A model generated the notes under the pieces. The model did no database searches. It saw only the letters and a list, made by a program, of their open reading frames with translations, and was not told the origin of the DNA. Shown here piece after piece: positions 54,701-64,000 of a DNA stretch of 64,000 nucleotides; position 1 is the first letter of the stretch; each line of letters begins with the position of its first letter. This DNA is from Nemertoderma westbladi (Eukaryota > Animalia > Xenacoelomorpha), in assembly GCA_032718475.1 (NCBI GenBank), contig JAUCBJ010008363.1, forward strand, positions 186,001 through 250,000, read 5' to 3'. The position numbers were made by a program, and so were the translations under genes.

Positions 54701-57700
54701 AAAACCACATCGATTTTCATATTTATAACTTCTAACCCACTCCACGAGATAGAGAATCTTAAATGAAAGTCAAAAGAACAGGTAACACTTACATTTATAG
54801 AAGTAATCAGCTGTTATTTGCTACGTCTTTCTGCTGGAGATGGATGAATTTTGATTGCGTCGGAACACCCCCTTTTTGAGGCTCTCAGAGTGAAGAGATA
54901 AGTAGCCTATCTCCCTGTTAATATTGTTGTGTTCTAGTTTATTTATTATAGTTTCATCGTATTGCTAATGTGTCCTGAGTTAAAGTTATTATGTAATGCA
55001 ATAATTCACCTCAAATATCTCAGTTTTTTCATGAACGTAATGAAGTATTAAAGCCATGTCAAAATCCTTGGGGTTTTTCAGCAATAATTTATCAAAATTT
55101 CCTTAGATTTTTAACAAAAAACGACATCGATTTTCATAGTCATGACTTCTAACCCACTCCGCACAAGATAAAGAATCTTAAATGAAAGTCAAAGGAGCAG
55201 GTAACACTTACATTTATAGAAGTAATCAGCTGTTCTTTGCTTTGTCTTTCCACTGGAGATGGATGAATTTTGATTGCGTCGGAACACCCCTCCCTATCTG
55301 TGGCTGTCTGAATGGAGAGATAAGTAACCTATCTCCCTGTTAATATTGTTGTGTTCTAGAATATTTATTATAGTTTCATCGTATTGCCAAAGCTGCTGGA
55401 GCCGAAGTTAATATGTGATACAATAATTCACCTCAAATATCTTAGCTATTTCATGAACATAATGAAGTATTAAAGCCATTTCAAAAACCTTGGTGTTTTT
55501 CAGCAATAATTTTCAAAATATTCTCTCATTTTTTTCAAAAACCACATCGATTTTCATATTTATAACTGCTAACCCACTCCACGAGATAGAGAATCTTAAA
55601 CGAAAGTCATAAGAACAGGTAACACTTTCATTTATAGAAGTAATCAGCTGTTATTTGCTTCGTCTTTCCCCAGCAGATGGATGAATTTTGATTGCGTCGG
55701 AACACCCCCTTTCTGAGGCTCTCAGAGTGGAGAGATAAGTAGCCTATCTCCATGTTAATATTGTTGTGTTCTAGAATAATTATTATAGTTTCATCGTATT
55801 GCCAAAGCGGCTGGAGCCGAAGTTAATATGTGATACAATAATTCACCTCAAATTTCTCAGCTATTTCATGAATATAATGAGTATTAAATCCTTGTCAAAA
55901 TCCTTGGTGTTTTTCAGCAATAATTTATTAAAATCTCCTCTGAATTTTTATAAAAAACGACAACGATTTTCATATTCATGAATTCTAACCCACTCCAAGA
56001 GATAGACAATCTTAAACGAAAGTCAAAAGAGCAGGTAACACTTTCATTTATAGACGTAATCAGCTATTATTTGCTTTGTCTGTCTCCAGGAGATGGATGA
56101 ATTTTGATTGCTTCGGAACACCCCCTTTCTGAGGCTCTCAGAGTGGAGAGATAAGTAGCCTATTTCCCTGTTAATATTGTTCTGTTGTAGAATATTTATA
56201 ATAGTTTCACCGTATTGCCAAAGCGGCTGGAGCCGAAGTTAATATGTGATACAATAATTCACCTCAAATTTCTCAGCTATTTCATGTATATTATGAGTAT
56301 TAAATCCTTGTCAAAATCCTTGGTGTTTTTCTGCAATAATTTATTAAAATCTCCTCTGATTTTTTACAAAAACCGACATCGATTTTCATATTCATGACTT
56401 CTATCCCAGTCCACAAGATACAGAATCTTAAACGAAAGTCAAAAAACAGGTAACACTTACATTTATAGAAGTAATCAGCTGTTATATGCTACGTCTTTCT
56501 GCTGGAGATGGATGAATTTTGATTGCGTCGGAACACCCCCTTTTTGAGGCTGTCAGAGTGAAGAGATAAGTAGCCTATCTCCCTGTTAATATTGTTGTGT
56601 TCTAGTTTATTTATTATAGTTTCATCGTATTGCTAATGTGGCTGGAGTTAAAGTTATTATGTAATGCAATAATTCACCTCAAATATCTCAGTTTTTTCAT
56701 GAACATAATGAAGTATTAAAGCCATGTCAAAATCCTTGGGGTTTTTCAGCAATAATTTATCAAAATATCCTTTGATTTTTTTCAAAAACCACATCGATTT
56801 TCATATTTATAACTTCTAACCCACTCCATGAGATAGCGAATCTTAAATGAAAGTCAAAAGAACAGGTAACACTTACATTTATAGAAGTAATCAGCTGTTC
56901 TTTGCTTTGTCTTTCCCCTGGAGATGGTTGAATTTTGATTGTGTCAAAACACCCCTCCCTATCTGTGGCTGTCTGAGTGAAGAGATAAGTAGCCCATCTC
57001 CCTGTTAATATTGTTGTGTTCTAGTTTATTTATTATAGTTTCATCGTATTGCCAAAGCTGCTGGAGCCGAAGTTAATATGTGATACAATAATTCACCTCA
57101 AATATCTTAGCTATTTCATGAACATAATGAAGTATTAAAGCCATTTCAAAAACCTTGGGGTTTTTCAGCAATAATTTTCAAAATATTCTCTGATTTTTTT
57201 CAAAAACCACATCGATTTTCATATTTATAACTGCTAACCCACTCCACGAGATAGAGAATCTTAAACGAAAGTCATAAGAACAGGTAACACTTTCATTTAT
57301 AGAAGTAATCAGCTGTTATTTGCTTCGTCTTTCCCCAGCAGATGGATGAATTTTGATTGCGTCGGAACACCCCCTTTCTGAGGCTCTCAGAGTGGAGAGA
57401 TAAGTAGCCTATCTCCATGTTAATATTGTTGTGTTCTAGAATATTTATTATAGTTTCATCGTATTGCCAAAGCGGCTGGAGCCGAAGTAAATATGTGATA
57501 CAATAATTCACCTCAAATTTCTCAGCTATTTCATGAATATAATGAGTATTAAATCCTTGTCAAAATCCTTGGTGTTTTTCAGCAATAATTTATTAAAATC
57601 TCCTCTGATTTTTTATAAAAAACGACAACAATTTTCATATTCATGAATTCTAACCCACTCCAAGAGATAGACAATCTTAAACGAAAGTCAAAAGAACAGG

Positions 57701-60700
57701 TAACACTTTCATTTATAGACGTAATCAGCTATTATTTGCTTTGTCTGTCTCCAGGAGATGGATGAATTTTGATTGCTTCGGAACACCCCCTTTCTGAGGC
57801 TCTCAGAGTGGAGAGATAAGTAGCCTATTTCCCTGTTAATATTGTTCTGTTGTAGAATATTTATAATAGTTTCACCGTATTGCCAAGGCGGCTGGAGCCG
57901 AAGTTAATATGTGATACAATAATTCACCTCAAATTTCTCAGCTATTTCATGAATATAATGAGTATTAAATCCTTGTCAAAATCCTTGGTGTTTTTCAGCA
58001 ATAATTTATTAAAATCTCCTCTGATTTTTTATAAAAAACGACAACGATTGTCATATTCATGAATTCTAACCCACTCCAAGAGATAGACAATCTTAAACGA
58101 AAGTCAAAAGAACAGGTAACACTTTCATTTATAGATGTAATCAGCTATTATTTGCTTTGTCTGTCTCCAGGAGATGGATGAATTTTGATTGCTTCGGAAC
58201 ACCCCCTTTCTGAGGCTCTCAGAGTGGAGAGATAAGTAGCCTATTTCCCTGTTAATATTGTTCTGTTGTAGAATATTTATAATAGTTTCACCGTATTGCC
58301 AAAGCGGCAGGAGCCGAAGTTAATATGTGATACAATAATTCACCTCAAATTTCTCAGCTATTTCATGTATATTATGAGTTTTAAATCCTTGTCAAAATCC
58401 TTGGTGTTTTTCTGCAATAATTTATTAAAATCTCCTCTGATTTTTTACAAAAACCGACATCGATTTTCATATTCATGACTTCTATCCCAGTCCACAAGAT
58501 ACAGAATCTTAAACGAAAGTCAAAAAACAGGTAACACTTACATTTATAGAAGTAATCAGCTGTTATTTGCTACGTCTTTCTGCTGGAGATGGATGAATTT
58601 TGATTGTGTCAAAACACCCCTCCCTATCTGTGGCTGTCTGAATGAAGAGATAAGTAGCCCATCTCCCTGTTAATATTGTTGTGTTCTAGTTTATTTATTA
58701 TAGTTTCATCGTATTGCTAATGGGGCTGGAGTTAAAGTTATTATGTAATGCAATAATTCACCTCAAATATCTCAGTTTTTTCATGAACATAATGAAGTAT
58801 TAAAGCCATGTCAAAATCCTTGGGGTTTTTCAGCAATAATTTATCAAAATATCCTCAGATTTTTTTCAAAAACCACATCGATTTTCATATTTATAACTTC
58901 TAACCCACTCCATGAGATAGCGAATCTTAAATGAAAGTCAAAAGAACAGGTAACACTTACATTTATAGAAGTAATCAGCTGTTCTTTGCTTTGTCTTTCC
59001 CCTGGAGATGGTTGAATTTTGATTGTGTCAAAACACCCCTCCCTATCTGTGGCTGTCTGAGTGAAGAGATAAGTAGCACATCTCCCTGTTAATATTGTTG
59101 TGTTCTAGTTTATTTATTATAGTTTCATCGTATTGCTAATGTGGCTGGAGTTAAAGTTATTATGTAATGCAATAATTCACCTCAAATATCTCAGTTTTTT
59201 CATGAACATAATGAAGTATTAAAGCCATTTCAAAATCCTTGGGGTTTTTCAGCAATAATTTATCAAAATATCCTCAGATTTTTTTCAAAAACCACATAGA
59301 TTTTCATATTTATAACTTCTAACCCACTCCATGAGATAGCGAATCTTAAATGAAAGTCAAAAGAACAGGTAACACTTACATTTATAGAAGTAATCAGCTG
59401 TTCTTTGCTTTGTCTTTCCCCTGGAGATGGTTGAATTTTGCTTGTGTCGAAACACCCCTCCCTATCTGTGGCTGTCTGAGTGGAGAGATAAGTAGCCTAT
59501 CTCCCTGTTAATATTGTTGTGTTCTAGAAAATTTATTATAGTTTCATCATATTGCCAAAGCGGCTGGAGCCAAAGTTAATATGTGATACAATAATTCAAC
59601 TCAAATTTCTCAGCTATTTCATGAATATAATGAGTATTAAAGCCATGTCAAAATCCTTGGGGATTTTCAGCAATAATTTATCAAAATATCCTCTGATTTT
59701 GTTCAAAAACCACATCGATTTTCATATTTATAACTTCTAACCCACTCCACGAGATAGAGAATCTTAAATGAAAGTCAAAAGAACAGGTAACACTTACATT
59801 TATAGAAGTAATCAGCTGTTCTTAGCTTCGTCTTTCCCCTGGAGATGGATGAATTTTGATTGCGTCGGAACACCCCTTTTTTGAGGCTCTCAGAGTGAAG
59901 AGATAAGTATCCTATCTCCCTGTTAATATTGTTGTGTTCTAGTTTATTTATTATAGTTTCATCGTATTGCTAATGGGGCTGGAGTTAAAGTTATTATGTA
60001 ATGCAATAATTCACCTCAAATATCTCAGTTTTTTCATGAACATAATGAAGTATTAAAGCCATGTCAAAATCCTTGGGGTTTTTCAGCAATAATTTATCAA
60101 AATTTCATTAGATTTTTTACAAAAAACGACATCGATTTTCATAGTCATGACTTCTAACCCACTCCGCACAAGATAAAGAATCTTAAATGAAAGTCAAAGG
60201 AGCAGGTAACACTTACATTTATAGAAGTAATCAGCTGTTCTTTGCTTTGTCTTTCCACTGGAGATGGATGAATTTTGATTGCGTCGGAACACCCCTCCCT
60301 ATCTGTGGCTGTCTGAATGAAGAGATAAGTAGCCCATCTCCCTGTTAATATTGTTGTGTTCTAGTTTATTTATTATAGTTTCATCGTATTGCTAATGGGG
60401 CTGGAGTTAAAGTTATTATGTAATGCAATAATTCACCTCAAATATCTCAGTTTTTTCATGAACATAATGAAGTATTAAAGCCATGTCAAAATCCTTGGGG
60501 TTTTTCAGCAATAATTTATCAAAATTTCCTTAGATTTTTTACAAAAAACGACATCGATTTTCATAGTCATGACTTCTAACCCACTCCGCACAAGATAAAG
60601 AATCTTAAATGAAAGTCAAAGGAGCAGGTAACACTTACATTTATAGAAGTAATCAGCTGTTCTTTGCTTTGTCTTTCCACTGGAGATGGATGAATTTTGA

Positions 60701-63567
60701 TTGCGTCGGAACACCCCTCCCTATCTGTGGCTGTCTGAATGGAGAGATAAGTAACCTATCTCCCTGTTAATATTGTTGTGTTCTAGAATATTTATTATAG
60801 TTTCATCGTATTGCCAAAGCTGCTGGAGCCGAAGTTATTATGTGATACAATAATTCACCTCAAATATCTTAGCTATTTCATGAACATAATGAAGTATTAA
60901 AGCCATTTCAAAAACCTTGGGGTTTTTCATCAATAATTTTCAAAATATCCTCTGATTTTTTTCAAAAACCACATCGATTTTCATATTTATAACTGCTAAC
61001 CCACTCCACGAGATAGAGAATCTTAAACGAAAGTTATAAGAACAGGTAACACTTTCATTTATAGAAGTAATCAGCTGTTATTTGCTTCGTCTTTCCCCAG
61101 CAGATGGATGAATTTTGATTGCGTCGGAACACCCCCATTCTGAGGCTCTCAGAGTGGAGAGATAAGTAGCCTATTTCCCTGTTAATATTGTTCTGTTGTA
61201 GAATATTTATAATAGTTTCACCGTATTGCCAAAGCGGCTGGAGCCGAAGTTAATATGTGACACAATAATTCACCTCAAATTTCTCAGCTATTTCATGTAT
61301 ATAATGAGTATTAAATCCTTGTCAAAATCCTTGGTGTTTTTCTGCAATAATTTATTAAAATCTCCTCTGATTTTTTACAAAAAACGACATCGATTTTCAT
61401 ATTCATGACTTCTATCCCACTCCTAGAGATAGACAATCTTTAATGAAAGTCATAAGAACAGGTAACACTTTCATTTATAGAAGTAATCAGCTGTTATTTG
61501 CTTCGTCTTTCCCCAGGAGATGGATGAAATTTGATTGCGTCGGAACACCCCCTTTTAGAGGCTCTCAGAGTGGAGAGAAAAGTAGCCTATCTCCCTGTTA
61601 ATATTGTTGTGTTCTAGAATTTTTATTATAGTTTCATCGTATTGCTAATGTGGCTGGAGTTAAAGTTATTATGTAATGCAATAATTCAACTCAAATATCT
61701 CAGTTTTTTCATGAACGTAATGAAGTATTAAAGCCATGTCAAAATCCTTAGGGTTTTTCAGCAATAATTTATCAAAATAACCTCAGATTTTTTACAAAAA
61801 ACGACATCGATTTTCATAGTCATGACTTCTAACCCACTCCACAAGATAAAGAATCTTAAATGAAAGTCAAAGGAGCAGGTAACACTTACATTTATAGAAG
61901 TAATCAGCTGTTCTTTGCTTCGTCTTTCCCCTGGAGATGGATGAATTTTGATTGCGTCGGAACACCCCTCCCTATCTGTGGCTGTCTGAATGGAGAGATA
62001 AGTAGCCTATCTCCCTGTTAATATTGTTGTGTTCTAGAATATTTATTATAGTTTCATCATATTGCCAAAGCGGCTGGAGACGAAGTTAATATGTGATACA
62101 ATAATTCACCTCAAATGTCTTAGCTATTTCATGAACATAATGAAGTATTAAAGCCATGTCAAATTCGTTGGGGTTTTTCAGCAATAATTTTTAAAATATC
62201 TTCTGATTTTTTTCAAAAACCACATCGATTTTCATATTTATAACTGCTAACCCACTCCACGAGATAGAGAATCTTAAACGAAAGTTATAAGAACAGGTAA
62301 CACTTTCATTTATAGAATTAATCAGCTGTTATTTGCTTCGTCTTTCCCCAGGAGATGGATGAAATTTGATTGCGTCGGAACACCCCCTTTTTGAGCCTCA
62401 CAGAGTGGAGAAAAAAGTAGCCTATCTACCTGTTAATATTGTTGTGTTCTAGAATATTTATTATAGTTTCATCGTATTGCCAAAGCGGCTGGAGCCAAAG
62501 TTAATATGTAATGCAATAATTCACCTCAAATATCTCAGCTAGTTCATGAATATAATGAGTATTAAATCCTTGACAAAATCCTTGGTGTTTTTCAGCAATA
62601 ATTTATTAAAATCTCCTCAGATTTTTTTCAAAAACCACATCGATTTTCATATTTATAACTTCTAACCCACGCCATGAGATAGATAATCTTAAACGAAAGT
62701 CATAAGAACAGGTAACACTTTCATTTATAGAAGTAATCAGCTGTTATTTGCTTCGTCTTTCCCCAGGAGATGGATGAAATTTGATTGCGTCGGAACACCC
62801 CTTTTTAGAGGCTCTCAGAGTGGAGAGAAAAGTAGCCTATCTCCCTGTTAATATTGTTGTGTTCTAGAATTTTTATTATAGTTTCATCGTATTGCCAAAG
62901 CGGCTGGAGCCGAAATTAATATGTAATGCAATAATTCACCTCAAATTTCTCAGCTATTTCATGAATATAATGAGTATTAAAGCCATGTCAAAATCCTTGG
63001 GGTTTTTCAGCAATAATTTATCAAAATATCCTCTGATTTTTTTCAAAAACCACATCGATTTTCATATTTATAACTTCTAACCCACTCCACGAGATAGATA
63101 ATCTTAAACGAAAGTCATAAGAACAGGTAACACTTACATTTATAGAAGTAATCAGCTGTTATTTGCTTCGTCTTTCCCCAGGAGATGGATGAATTTTGAT
63201 TGCGTCAGAACACCCCCTTTTTGAGGCTCTCAGAGTGAAGAGATAAGTAGCATATTTCCCTGTTAATATTGTTCTGTTGTAGAATATTTATTATAGCTTC
63301 ATCTTTATTGCTAATGTGGCTGGAGCTAAAGTTATTATGTAATGCAATAATTCACCTCAAATATCTCAGTTTTTGTATGAATATAATAAAGTATTAAAGC
63401 CATGTCAAAATCCTTGGGGTTTTTCAGCAATAATTTATCAAAATATCCTTAGATTTTTTACAAAAAACGACATCGATTTTCATATTTATAACTTCTAACC
63501 CACTCCATGAGATAGAGAATCTTAAACGAAAGTCATAAGAACAGGTAACACTTACATTTATAGAAGT
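42736..63567 (-). repeat. Satellite array, right arm, ~50 uninterrupted monomers with 6-mer higher-order repeat
   Basis: Same monomer in reverse orientation; identical or near-identical ORF echoes 2502-2505 bp apart (46714/49219, 48262/50765, 53297/55799, 53713/56215). Confidence 0.97.
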
Positions 63568-64000
63568 TGTTACGGTATATGGCGCTGTATCCATAATATT
63601 AGTCATCATGCAGTATGCAATATTAGTCCGTTATGCAGTATGCAATATTAGTCCGTTATACTGTACGTAATATTAGTCCGTTGTGCAGCATGATATTTTA
63701 GATAAGGCATAATAACGCAGTGGTATTTAGGTAGGGAAATCAAAACGCCCATATATTTGAAACCATCCATTTTGTATAGTATGTAGCCCTACCTACGTAA
63801 TTTTGTATTAGGTTATATGTAGATAGTTCCAGGGTAAGTTTATTCGGACCCTGGATTCAGTGCTTGCTGATATTAACTTTAGTAGGGCTAGCATATAGGG
63901 ACGCTGTCCTGGCCATTCAGCAGCCAGAGACGTGAACCATTACCATATATGGTAATAATTCGAGGAAGGGAAGCAAATAGGGCTACAATCCGGCCTCCTT
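63568..64000 (+). mobile_element. Start of an LTR related to the BEL/Pao element at the window start
   Basis: Satellite breaks at ...TAGAAGT|TGTTACGG; ~25-bp tandem AATATTAGTCCGTTATGCAGTATGC units at 63595-63690; 63644-63855 aligns with 1-215 and 63977-64000 with ~377-400. Confidence 0.88.

Noticed and set aside
14839-63080. Recurrent MPKRLEPKLICDTII... and ...SPGERRSKEQLITSINV... ORFs as a tandem gene family
   Set aside because: They are translations of the satellite; many start at TTG/GTG, stops and indels vary between monomers, the 416-bp period is not a multiple of 3, and no domain is recognisable.
8405-63567. CRISPR-like or cassette array
   Set aside because: No unique spacers; whole monomers are homologous, and the context is eukaryotic.
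1-64000. LTR sequences at the two window ends as the pair of one giant element
   Set aside because: The central LTR blocks differ strongly and no PPT or pol end precedes 63568; satellite abuts the TG directly.

Overview
Eukaryotic (probably invertebrate animal) heterochromatin with no recognisable host gene. About 60% of the window is an AT-rich tandem satellite with a ~416-bp monomer. It shows higher-order repeats (3-mer on the left, 6-mer on the right) and switches strand at ~32130. The array carries several insertions. The window opens inside a large BEL/Pao LTR retrotransposon (1-~8404, cut off within RT), and a diverged LTR of the same family starts at 63568. Two non-coding piggyBac-type TTAA elements lie at 11786-13203 and 20743-22296. 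A piggyBac at 22839-27690 has a 4-exon transposase ORF that splices into an uninterrupted 669 aa. A second BEL/Pao (33773-42735; 243-bp LTRs, GAGAT TSD, tRNA-iMet PBS) has almost identical LTRs but a wrecked interior, which carries a CRE-like retroposon fragment, a broken piggyBac and a LINE fragment. Tiny RTE-like (TAG)n-tailed retroposon ends occur in the satellite and in the piggyBac intron. The many 60-120 aa ORFs within the satellite are repeat artefacts. All calls are from reading the sequence by eye; no searches were run.
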